This document shows positions 25,690 to 34,136 of a stretch of 38,487 nt of DNA, piece by piece. The translations under genes were made by a program, and so were the position numbers. The first letter of the stretch is position 1; each line of letters starts with the position of its first letter. The DNA is taken from the NCBI GenBank assembly GCA_027622115.1, contig JAQBZS010000001.1:1-38487 (forward strand). Reading direction: 5' to 3'. The stretch is from Planctomycetota bacterium. GTDB taxonomy: Bacteria > Planctomycetota > Planctomycetia > Planctomycetales > Planctomycetaceae. The notes below the pieces were generated by a model. That model ran no database searches. It was given only the letters and a program-made list of their open reading frames with translations, and was not told where the DNA came from.

Positions 25690-26861
25690 CACAAGACATC
25701 TACAACCGACTTTGGCGAGACCCCCAAAAACTCAGAGAACACCTCGACCCGATCATCAAGCAACTCCCCGAAATCTTCCCCAAAGGAACAAGCCAAGGAT
25801 ACCAGCTCCACGGACTGCTCCCCGAGTCAAAGAAGATGCCCGGCATCCAACTGCGGCAATTTCGAGTCGATGGCGTGGCCTACTCGCTGCGGCCAAGCTT
25901 TGTCTTTGCCTACATGACCGGCACTGTCGATGAACTCGAAGACGGATTGTTCTTGCTCTCGATGCGGAATCCCGCCTGGGTTGTCGCAAGGGTCTGCGGG
26001 AAAGATCCCATGTTTTGGCACCGCCACTTGGAACGCATGGGCCGCAATAGCCTGCTCGGCACGACCGTCCGGAGTGCCGACGCACTGCCACAGCATGGCG
26101 CTGCCGATGAACATCATCTCAAGTGGTGCGGCGAAAAGGGCTATTTGGCCATGATCGCCGCAGGCGGCTGCACCCTGGGAGCGGCGTTGACCGACTCGGT
26201 CGACGAAGAACACCTGACCGAGGCGTACGGCGTGTGCCGCGCTGAAGCCGCCGACGTCGACCCGAACTGGAAACTGCAAACCATGAACCTGGACGGCTTC
26301 GGAGCGACCCGCAACGCGATCAAGAAGCTCTTTTCGGGCGTGACCATGCTGCTGTGCTTTCTGCATGGCTTCTTGAAAATCCGAGATCGCAGCGGCAAGG
26401 ATCGCGAACTGCACCATCGTGTGTGGCGGGTCTACTGGTCCAAAACGAAACAGCAGTTTTCGCGTCGGCTGGGAGCGTTGAAACGCTGGGTGAAGACGCG
26501 AGACATGAAGCCGTCTGTATTGGAATACCTGAAGAAGCTGTACTCGAAGAAGGCGGAGTACCTGAAAAGCTATGACCATCCCGGCGCGTACCGGACGAGC
26601 AACCAGATTGACCGTCCCATGAACCGCGTACATCGCTTGCTGTACTCCAGCCGAGGTCTCCACGGTCACCAGGTTTCTTCCGAGCGTCGTCTTCGCGGAT
26701 TATGTTTGTTGGAAAACTACCGCCCGTTCGCTCGGCGGAGCGGCGAGACTCGACCGTACCAATGCCCCGCCGACCGACTCAACCAAGGAGCGTATGATGA
26801 CCACTGGCTCCACAACCTGCAGATTGCAGCTTCATTACAAGGGTTTCACCACAACACATAG
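25587..26861 (+). CDS. transposase (DDE-type; family not assigned, possibly ISKra4-like)
   Basis: 424-aa ORF with GGAGGA 5 nt upstream of the ATG at 25587. Candidate catalytic acidic residues lie in 'AADEHHLKW', 'MNLDGFGATRNAI' and 'TSNQIDRPMNRV'. 'RPSFVFAYMTG' resembles motifs I recall from ISKra4-type transposases, but that recall is low confidence. The stop codon lies inside the right IR. Confidence 0.75.
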   Translation: MEAQRQTRTCDRNRPEPNEENPTPKGARQIVVPMTQDIYNRLWRDPQKLREHLDPIIKQLPEIFPKGTSQGYQLHGLLPESKKMPGIQLRQFRVDGVAYSLRPSFVFAYMTGTVDELEDGLFLLSMRNPAWVVARVCGKDPMFWHRHLERMGRNSLLGTTVRSADALPQHGAADEHHLKWCGEKGYLAMIAAGGCTLGAALTDSVDEEHLTEAYGVCRAEAADVDPNWKLQTMNLDGFGATRNAIKKLFSGVTMLLCFLHGFLKIRDRSGKDRELHHRVWRVYWSKTKQQFSRRLGALKRWVKTRDMKPSVLEYLKKLYSKKAEYLKSYDHPGAYRTSNQIDRPMNRVHRLLYSSRGLHGHQVSSERRLRGLCLLENYRPFARRSGETRPYQCPADRLNQGAYDDHWLHNLQIAASLQGFHHNT

Positions 26862-26885
26862 AAAACGGTAGGGTCAGAAACTTTG
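26855..26885. repeat. IS right terminal inverted repeat
   Basis: See the mobile_element entry. Confidence 0.85.
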
Positions 26886-26947
26886 AACCACCCGACCCCT
26901 TCCCCCTCCCCGAGTTCAAACCTGCTTGAACCGTTTCCCGTGTCAAC

Positions 26948-26969
26948 CCGAGATTTTCAACACCCTACC
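26948..26969. repeat. copy B of the short dispersed repeat CCGAG(A)TTTTCAACACCCTACC
   Basis: The 16-mer at 26954-26969 is identical to 4207-4222. Its core ACCCTACCGT also resembles the IS inverted-repeat core. It lies 63 nt right of the IS end and 87 nt upstream of the kinase ATG at 27056. Confidence 0.7.
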
Positions 26970-27055
26970 GTGACCGCTCGGGACCAAGCTATGGTCGAGT
27001 CGGTCAGATGATCACATTGACCCAATCCAGTTTTATCCAATCGCGGACGCGGAAA

Positions 27056-29029
27056 ATGAGAATCGATGATCAAGTCGATGACCTTCGGAAGCAATTCGAC
27101 GGGGCCTGGAGGTCCGGTTTTCAGCCGAATCTTGCCGATTATCTGGCTCGGAGCCCGAAACACCTTCGAGAGGGTCTGTTTCAGCAGCTCTTGGAGGTGG
27201 AGTTGGAGTACCGGGCCAAGGCTGGTCGTGCAGTCGATTCGGGGGAATATCAACGGCAGTATCCGGAGTACGCCGACGCCGTCTCGCGGGGCTTCGACAA
27301 TTATAGGCGGCATATGGCGCATCAGGCTTCCGTCGCCGTTGGTGGTGGCGAGACGCAGGTCTGGAATTCAAACGGGGTGTATGGTGCCGCTCCCAGCCCA
27401 GCGGTTCCATCGAGTGCTGGTGCTTCTCCAGGGCAACACCCGCCCGAGTCCACGTTTATCGAATTCCCCGAGTTCGAGCGCCGCACGGAGCCACAGCGCG
27501 GCGAGCTTTCTGGCCGGCATCCAGAGTTGATCAACCGCTTTCAGGTGATCAAGAAATTGGGGGCCGGCAACTTTGGAAGCGTCTATTTGGCACACGATTC
27601 CAAGCTGAATCGGCAAGTGGCGATCAAAGTTGCGGAACTGCCCGAAGACGCTTCGCCGCTGGAATGCGAACGGCGTCTGCAAATGTTGAAGGGCGAGGCC
27701 AAGAAAGTGGCCAGCTTGGATGACGGCGGGATCGTGCCCGTTTACGAAATTGACGAGTGGAACGGCCGGCCCTATGTGGTTTCGAAGTACATCGACGGTT
27801 GCAATTTGTCGGAGTATTTGGCGTTAAACTCACTGACACATCACCAGATTGTGGAAATCGTTGAACGGGTGGCTCGGGCGGTCAATCACGCGCATGCCAA
27901 GGCTGTCGTCCACCAGGATCTCAAGCCGGCCAACATTTTGATTGATCGGCAGGGCCAGCCACACATCACGGATTTCGGGCTGGCGATTCATCAAACGGAA
28001 CGCCGTGCCATGAAGGGCAGGCGAGCCGGCAGCCCGCAATATATGTCGCCTGAACAGGTCCGCGCTGAAACGCACAAGATCGACGGTCGGACCGATGTCT
28101 GGAGCCTGGGAGTCATGCTGTATGGAATGCTGGCGGGCCGGCTGCCGTTTGATGAAAAGTCGACATCCGAAGTCTTCGCGGCAATCATGGACCACCAAAT
28201 CGTTCCGCCTCGCCAATTCAACGACGCGATTGACGAAAACTTGCAAGACATCGTCATGAAATGTTTGCAAGAAGACATCAACGACCGGTATTCCACGGCA
28301 AATGACTTGGCGGACGCCCTGCAAAAGTGGCGCACCGCAGGAACCGGGTCCAACGCGTGGAAATGGGTCATTCCATCCGTGGCCGTTGTGATGCTGACCG
28401 TGTTGGGCTGGTGGCTGAACAGTGATCCTCCACCCCAACCACCACCGGCACCACCCACGTCAGACCCCAACGTGACGCTGGATGTGACACGCGCGTTTTT
28501 TTCACCAACAAACGGTGAACGCGTATCGCAAACGTTCTCGGAAGCGACGGACGAGTTTTCGATCGAACTTGGCAACGACGTGCAGATCAAAGCCAAACTC
28601 GATCGACCGGCTTATGTTTATGTTCTCTGGATCGAAGCCGATGGCAGTGTCACGCCGATGTATCCCTGGCAAAACTTCAAATGGGATCAGCGTCCCGCGG
28701 ACAAGCTGGTGACCGAAATCACGTTGCCGGATGATCGAAGCGGATGGGAAGTTGGCGGCCCGCCGGGCATCGAAACGATCGTCCTGTTCGCTCGGGATGA
28801 GCCACTGCCGCGCGATTTCCATGCGGAACAGGAGCTTGGCAAGTTTCCGTCCATTCCGCTTCCGGAGACACTCAAGCGTCGCGGTCCGCGAAATCCGGAT
28901 CAACCCCGGCCTTTGCGCGTGATCGATGATGCAACTCGGCAGCGCGTGTTCGAAGACTCGTTGCGATCTGAGTTCCCCTACATCAAGTCGATCAGCTTTC
29001 CAAATCTGGGCACAACGCAACTCGAGTGA
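27056..29029 (+). CDS. transmembrane Ser/Thr protein kinase (non-RD, 'HQD') with a C-terminal extracytoplasmic DUF4384-like domain
   Basis: ORF 27008..29029, with the start moved to the ATG at 27056 ('MRIDDQVDDLRKQFDGAW...'). Kinase motifs: 'LGAGNFGSVY', 'VAIKV', 'HQDLKPANIL', 'DFGLAI', 'GSPQYMSPEQ'. TM helix 'WKWVIPSVAVVMLTVLGWWL', then a Pro-rich linker. The DUF4384-like segment is 'DRPAYVYVLWIEADGSVTPMYPWQ...GIETIVLFARDEPLP'. Confidence 0.88.
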   Translation: MRIDDQVDDLRKQFDGAWRSGFQPNLADYLARSPKHLREGLFQQLLEVELEYRAKAGRAVDSGEYQRQYPEYADAVSRGFDNYRRHMAHQASVAVGGGETQVWNSNGVYGAAPSPAVPSSAGASPGQHPPESTFIEFPEFERRTEPQRGELSGRHPELINRFQVIKKLGAGNFGSVYLAHDSKLNRQVAIKVAELPEDASPLECERRLQMLKGEAKKVASLDDGGIVPVYEIDEWNGRPYVVSKYIDGCNLSEYLALNSLTHHQIVEIVERVARAVNHAHAKAVVHQDLKPANILIDRQGQPHITDFGLAIHQTERRAMKGRRAGSPQYMSPEQVRAETHKIDGRTDVWSLGVMLYGMLAGRLPFDEKSTSEVFAAIMDHQIVPPRQFNDAIDENLQDIVMKCLQEDINDRYSTANDLADALQKWRTAGTGSNAWKWVIPSVAVVMLTVLGWWLNSDPPPQPPPAPPTSDPNVTLDVTRAFFSPTNGERVSQTFSEATDEFSIELGNDVQIKAKLDRPAYVYVLWIEADGSVTPMYPWQNFKWDQRPADKLVTEITLPDDRSGWEVGGPPGIETIVLFARDEPLPRDFHAEQELGKFPSIPLPETLKRRGPRNPDQPRPLRVIDDATRQRVFEDSLRSEFPYIKSISFPNLGTTQLE

Positions 29030-29065
29030 TCGGCGGTTCGCGTTGCCTGAACAACAGGAGAAACC

Positions 29066-32000
29066 ATGAACACGATACGAGTTCGCTTGTGTTGCGCGAT
29101 GGTGTGGCTTGTCCTCGGATGCGGTGATTCGACAAGCGAGAAGTCCGAGTCGATTCAGGCCAAAAACGAACATGGGAAGTCTGAACCCACAATTCCCGTC
29201 GCTTCCCGAAATCAAAGTCCAAGTGGCCCGGAATCAAGCCGACCTGCAGAACCGGCAATTCAGCAGCACCCCGCTCGACACGGTCAGTCACAGCCCAGCC
29301 CAGCGGTTGCCGATAATCCGCCGTTCGCTGCAAGGTCTGGGTCGGGCAGCGATGAAACGCGTCGCCGCGGGTCGAGAAACGATCAGGACGACGTTGCCGG
29401 AGCCGTTGAACGCGTGGAAGACATTGGCGTCGAGCGTCGAGCGATTTCCGATTCCTGGGTGCTCGACCATTTCTCAACGTTCAAACGGCAGGATTTGCCC
29501 GAGTTCATGCTCCCGGTGAAAGTCGCGTTGGCAGTCGTGGGTGAACTGCATCAACCCGGACAGATTGAAGTTCCCGTGGATACCGACCGAGACGGTCAAA
29601 CTGATGTGTGGGTGTACTACATCGGTGACCAGCCGGCCCTTGCCGAAACCGATCGATTCGACACCGGATGTCGGGATTTCCGCTACGACATCCGGACCGG
29701 CCAAGGCACGAGGAGTCTGTACTGGTTCACCGAATCGGCGATCGAACTGCCGATTGATGTTCCACCCGTATTGATCCCCGATGTCTACGACCTGTGTTGG
29801 AAATCGCCAGCCGGCAAGCTCGCCCGCACGCGGATCGCGGAACTGGCAAACCAAGTCTTGACGGATTTGCCAAGCAAGCTGGCACTGCTCGCGAAAGAGT
29901 CTCGACCCGAGGATATTGATGCGCGCGTCACGCAAAGTGCGGAGCACGCCACCGCGTTGATTCCGAAGCTCATGCGATTTCATCAGGAACAAGGGTTCGA
30001 GAAATCGCTTCGGCATCCGTGGGGCTTCGAGGTGAAGTACGTCGGATTCGATCTCGATCAAGATGCCGCAGGCAAGCAAGAAGTACTCGCCGGATTCTCG
30101 CCGTTGGGTGTTCACGAAATTCAATTCTACAAGACCGACTGGCACGTGGCCGACGATCTATTGGCGGATGTCACCCTGGATCGAGGCGAAATCCAGATGG
30201 TGGCCATCGAGGACCGGCATTACTTTCCGATCGACGAGTATTGGGTTCGAGCCGCGGCGGGAACCCGCGAGTCACTCGCGAAGCGATTCCTGGCACCGGC
30301 CGTGGAGGCCTGGCAATCCCACGACTGGTACCGTGCGGTGGCACTCATGAGACGCGCCACGCAATGTGCGGCCTTGTTGGGTGATCTGCAACTTGACTCG
30401 AAATCATTTCCGAAGGAATTCACCAGCCCGCCGCGCGGAGGCATCAAACACCAGCGGGCCAAACAGAACTGGATATTCGATGTCGCCGGCTTTCCCGCCG
30501 AGCAAGTCCTCGACGCAGCAACGCACCTGGCATGGGAACCCGACAAAAGTGCGACGAGTTCGATTCGCGAAATAGCAGGTTACAAGGCGACTCGGCGCGA
30601 GTACTCCGAGGCACTGGCCTGGTATCGCCTCTGCCTAAAATCGGCCAAGAAGACCAGCCAAGCCGTCATTCAAGTCAACGTCTTGGAGTCGATGAGCGAA
30701 ATCCATCGTCATCTCGGCAGCTACGACCAGGCACTGCAATGCTTGTTGGACGCCGGCGACCTGGAAGCATCTTTGTCGTACCAACGCGATCTCGTGAAAA
30801 ACCTGGGCGTGATGGGTGGCGATAGCGGCGACCCCGAAGCCATTGAACGCAACATGCACATGCGAACGCATTCGATGACGGTCAACCGAAGTGCGCGGCT
30901 CGCGATGATCGCGTCCATTCGAAACAGCCTGGGAGAACGCAACCGCGCGGAAGCTTTGCTGGCGGATGCCGAACGACTTGCTCATTCGGTCAAACACGGA
31001 TACCTCGAAGCGGACTTGTTGAACTTACGAGCGAAGTGGGATATCGCCGATCGCCAGTGGGACATTGCCGAGCAGCGGCTTAACCGCGCCATGCGACTCG
31101 TGGCCGATCAAATTGATAAGCAAGCGGCACACGATCGCGGCAAGCAACTGCTCGATTCCGGGCGAGCCATGCATCATTTTCAAGTGGTCGATCACCGCAT
31201 TGTGCTGGATGTGGGCATGTCGTCGAGGACCAGCCCGAATTCCTACCGTGCTTTGAGCGCTTCATTGATGGCACAACTTGCTCTAGCACGCAGCCAGGTT
31301 ACAGAAATCGAACCGGCCGAGGCCCGTCAATGGTTGACCACCGCCGTTAAATGGCAACGACAATCGCTGGATTGGAGCGAAGCAGCCCACGACCAATCGG
31401 GTGCGCTCGCCGGCCGACTGCATCTTGCGAACATCCTGGCCCGTCAAGGACAACTCGCGGCCGCCCGCGCCTTGAACGTCAAAGTGGTGCTACAGGCCGA
31501 ATCCGAAAGAGCCTTCGAACTCGTGTGGCAGTCACACGCCCTCAGTGGCCAAATCAGCGCCCAAGAAAACGACGTCCCCGCAGCGATCGCCGCCTACGAA
31601 CGCGCGGCGAAAGTTGTGGAACACGTTCGAGCGGGCATTCACAGCGAGTCGGTCCGTCGTGGAATCTTTGGTGCCAAATTGCAGGTCTATCAACAACTGG
31701 CATTGCTCTATTGGCGAGCACGCGAGACCGAGCCCGCTGACGCGCGGGGAGCGTTGGATCTGAAGATCTGGCAGTGCATGGAACGCTCCAAAGCGCGGAC
31801 GCTGCTCGACATGGTTGGCGGCCGACCGATGCGAGTCAAAGGAGACACGGTCGTGGCCGTGGCCAACAGCGATCCACGATTGCTCGATCCGTTGATCGGC
31901 CGGAAACGCAGTTTGCCACAACAGACTCCCGTTCTGGATGCACGTGCGAAACTCGACAGGCGCGAGTTGGCGTCGCTGACCAGTGTCGAGCCGGTCGATC

Positions 32001-33166
32001 TGAAAACCGTGCAACAGGAACTCGGCCCGAATGTCGTGCTGATCGAATACTTCATCGCGGAAGACGACCTCTTGGTGGCCGTCATTTCGATGGACACGCT
32101 CAAAGTGGTTTCCATCGCGGGCTGGGGCGGGCCACAACTCCACAGCGAAGTCGAAAAATTCCGCCGAAAGCTGGAAGACTTGGACGAGCTATACGCGGCC
32201 GATGCAAGCGCGTTATTCAGTCGCCTGCTGGAACCGTGCCTGTCAGGCCAGACTGGTGATTCAATCAAGCAGTTGTGCATCGTTCCCGCTGGTGCGCTGC
32301 ATTACGTCCCCTTTGATGCATTCCTGATGCCCGCGGGCGAATTCGTCACTGAACGATTTATTGTGTCATACGCTGCGAGTGCCAGCGCGTTGGTCTACGC
32401 CATGCACCGGCGCGGTCAAGCACCACCATCGCAACTCGAGTCCCAGGACCGAACGCTCGTCGTTGCCGAACCCATGCCACGGATCGACTATGGATCACTC
32501 CCGGGTGCCGTGCTTGAGGGCGAGCGAATTCGTGATGTCGCCAGTGAACCCAAAGACTTTCTTCAAGGCCGCGCGGCCACCGAACGCAATGTCGTCGCGT
32601 CCCTGACCCAGGCCAAATACTTTCACTTCGCGGGTCATACGGATTTGCCGCCGAGCGGCCCGATGCAAGCCGCGCTGTTGTGTACGGAAGACGTGGACTT
32701 CGATGGCCGGCTGGAAGTCCAGGAGATCTTCGAACTGGATTTGCGAGCCTGCGAATTGGCGGTCTTAAGCGCCTGCGAAACGCGGCTGGGGCGCTCAAGT
32801 CGCGGTGATGAAATCGTGGGGCTGGAACGAGCCTTTCTCCGAGCGGGAATCCCGACTGTCGTCGCCAGCTTGTGGAAGGTCGAGGACGCATCGACGTCAT
32901 TACTGATGGAGACGTTCTACGCCAACTTGTGGCAGAAAAAGCTGCCGCGAGCCGAAGCCCTTCGTCAGGCTCGTTTGTCGCTAATACGCGACCCCAAACA
33001 GATTGCGGACAGAGCGCGATCACTCACCGTCGAATTGGCCCGTCGTGGTCGCGGTCCCAAGTCCCCCACCCCACGTCCGTTTGTTGCCGGGATCACAACC
33101 AAGCCGAATGCCAAGGCGCACCCCGGACTTTGGGCCGGCTTCGTCATTTCTGGAGACTGGCGATAG
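29066..33166 (+). CDS. lipoprotein with TPR-like repeats and a C-terminal CHAT (caspase-like, clan CD) peptidase domain
   Basis: 1366-aa ORF with AGGAGA 4 nt upstream of the ATG. The lipobox is 'MVWLVLGC'. The CHAT core has an intact dyad ('KYFHFAGHTD' His, 'LAVLSACETRLG' Cys) and 'IVGLERAFLRAGIPTVVASLWKVED'. The long helical middle has TPR-like character. Confidence 0.88.
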   Translation: MNTIRVRLCCAMVWLVLGCGDSTSEKSESIQAKNEHGKSEPTIPVASRNQSPSGPESSRPAEPAIQQHPARHGQSQPSPAVADNPPFAARSGSGSDETRRRGSRNDQDDVAGAVERVEDIGVERRAISDSWVLDHFSTFKRQDLPEFMLPVKVALAVVGELHQPGQIEVPVDTDRDGQTDVWVYYIGDQPALAETDRFDTGCRDFRYDIRTGQGTRSLYWFTESAIELPIDVPPVLIPDVYDLCWKSPAGKLARTRIAELANQVLTDLPSKLALLAKESRPEDIDARVTQSAEHATALIPKLMRFHQEQGFEKSLRHPWGFEVKYVGFDLDQDAAGKQEVLAGFSPLGVHEIQFYKTDWHVADDLLADVTLDRGEIQMVAIEDRHYFPIDEYWVRAAAGTRESLAKRFLAPAVEAWQSHDWYRAVALMRRATQCAALLGDLQLDSKSFPKEFTSPPRGGIKHQRAKQNWIFDVAGFPAEQVLDAATHLAWEPDKSATSSIREIAGYKATRREYSEALAWYRLCLKSAKKTSQAVIQVNVLESMSEIHRHLGSYDQALQCLLDAGDLEASLSYQRDLVKNLGVMGGDSGDPEAIERNMHMRTHSMTVNRSARLAMIASIRNSLGERNRAEALLADAERLAHSVKHGYLEADLLNLRAKWDIADRQWDIAEQRLNRAMRLVADQIDKQAAHDRGKQLLDSGRAMHHFQVVDHRIVLDVGMSSRTSPNSYRALSASLMAQLALARSQVTEIEPAEARQWLTTAVKWQRQSLDWSEAAHDQSGALAGRLHLANILARQGQLAAARALNVKVVLQAESERAFELVWQSHALSGQISAQENDVPAAIAAYERAAKVVEHVRAGIHSESVRRGIFGAKLQVYQQLALLYWRARETEPADARGALDLKIWQCMERSKARTLLDMVGGRPMRVKGDTVVAVANSDPRLLDPLIGRKRSLPQQTPVLDARAKLDRRELASLTSVEPVDLKTVQQELGPNVVLIEYFIAEDDLLVAVISMDTLKVVSIAGWGGPQLHSEVEKFRRKLEDLDELYAADASALFSRLLEPCLSGQTGDSIKQLCIVPAGALHYVPFDAFLMPAGEFVTERFIVSYAASASALVYAMHRRGQAPPSQLESQDRTLVVAEPMPRIDYGSLPGAVLEGERIRDVASEPKDFLQGRAATERNVVASLTQAKYFHFAGHTDLPPSGPMQAALLCTEDVDFDGRLEVQEIFELDLRACELAVLSACETRLGRSSRGDEIVGLERAFLRAGIPTVVASLWKVEDASTSLLMETFYANLWQKKLPRAEALRQARLSLIRDPKQIADRARSLTVELARRGRGPKSPTPRPFVAGITTKPNAKAHPGLWAGFVISGDWR

Positions 33167-33211
33167 TTGGAACGATCAGGGTCAGCCGTCATCAGTGGTG
33201 TGAGCCGAAGC

Positions 33212-33727
33212 TTATTCCGCATTCTGAAAGTGATGCCGCACGGCGCGACCGCTGATGGTCTCTTTGCGGAGAAGTTCCTGAGCGACGGCTTCGATCGCTT
33301 TGGCATGTTGCTCACCGCCCAGCACGTGTTCGGTCTTGTTCAACATGCGGCGCGCGAGTTTTTGAATGTGTCGTTCATTGGTCGCTCGCATGGACAACAA
33401 CTGTTCGACGCTGCGCAAATCGTGGGCGGCACCTTCCGTGCAATACCGACCGGTAAACCGACTCTCAGCGACCATGCCCGCCAGCAGGATCAGCACTTCG
33501 TCTTCGAGTTGATCCTGCGATGCCTTCGAGCGTCCCTTTTGAATCTTGCAGGCTCCCAGGCGGCTGTCCCCGGATTGCAGTTGCGAGGGTGAGATCGTGA
33601 CTTTCTCGATCGGCCGCCCCAACGACACGGCCATCCCCGCGTGCCCAGCCTCATGCCAAGCCGTTGCGGTCAGGTGGAACGTGGCAGCTGGCGACGGTTC
33701 TTTGGATGGCGGGGGGTCATGCTTCAT
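33212..33727 (-). CDS. stand-alone FtsH-type (M41) zinc metallopeptidase domain protein, with no AAA+ module and no TM segment
   Basis: ORF 33212..34111, with the start moved to the ATG at 33727 because the upstream 128 codons look non-protein-like. 'TATAWHEAGHAGMAVSLGRPIEKVTISP' matches the FtsH 'TAYHEAGHA...V.KVTIIPRG' pattern. 'LLAGMVAESRFTG' and 'GAAHDLRSVEQLL' match the FtsH 'GGRAAEE..FG' and 'GA.NDL..AT' blocks. Confidence 0.7.
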   Translation of the reverse strand: MKHDPPPSKEPSPAATFHLTATAWHEAGHAGMAVSLGRPIEKVTISPSQLQSGDSRLGACKIQKGRSKASQDQLEDEVLILLAGMVAESRFTGRYCTEGAAHDLRSVEQLLSMRATNERHIQKLARRMLNKTEHVLGGEQHAKAIEAVAQELLRKETISGRAVRHHFQNAE

Positions 33728-34136
33728 GGGGATTAGTCTAAATACTTTTCCGCGCGAATCTACGACATCGCAAATCAAACAGGCATTCACGCTATCCTCG
33801 ATTCGGCTGATCGGAATGTTGCTTCGCGAAGAAGTGATGCAGAAAGTTGGCCGGAACAAGCTCTGCGCAGTTCCGGCAGCCGTACGGCACAAAGCCGCAG
33901 AGCGGCGACAGCAAACGTCAACACACGATTCCGATCCTGCTGTCGCTGCTCCGCAGCTTTCCGAATGGTCCGACACCCCTTCAACGCAATCTTTCGGGTC
34001 TAAAAGAGAATGCGGTTTCTCACACATTGTGAATGATCCGCTTGTACGATTGATCGATGCTTGTCGATCGATGATTGTTGATGTTCGAAGTGCGTTCGCG
34101 CATTTCATCAAGCAGCAATTCTGTGAGGAGATCGCG

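Larger units (their letters stand above)
25479..26885 (+). mobile_element. insertion sequence, 1407 bp, single DDE-type transposase, 31-bp terminal inverted repeats
   Basis: IRL is CAAAGTTCCTGACCCTACCGTTTTCTATGTG (25479-25509). The reverse complement of 26855-26885 is CAAAGTTTCTGACCCTACCGTTTTCTATGTG, matching 30 of 31 positions. The repeats bracket one 424-aa ORF. I saw no clear target-site duplication. Confidence 0.85.

Noticed and set aside
26914-26931. GTTCAAACCTGCTTGAAC, which superficially resembles a tRNA T-arm ('GTTCAAA').
   Set aside because: The flanking bases do not form a T-stem, and I could draw no acceptor, D or anticodon arms. It is just a 6-bp palindrome. I found no tRNA, including no tRNA-Sec, anywhere in the window.
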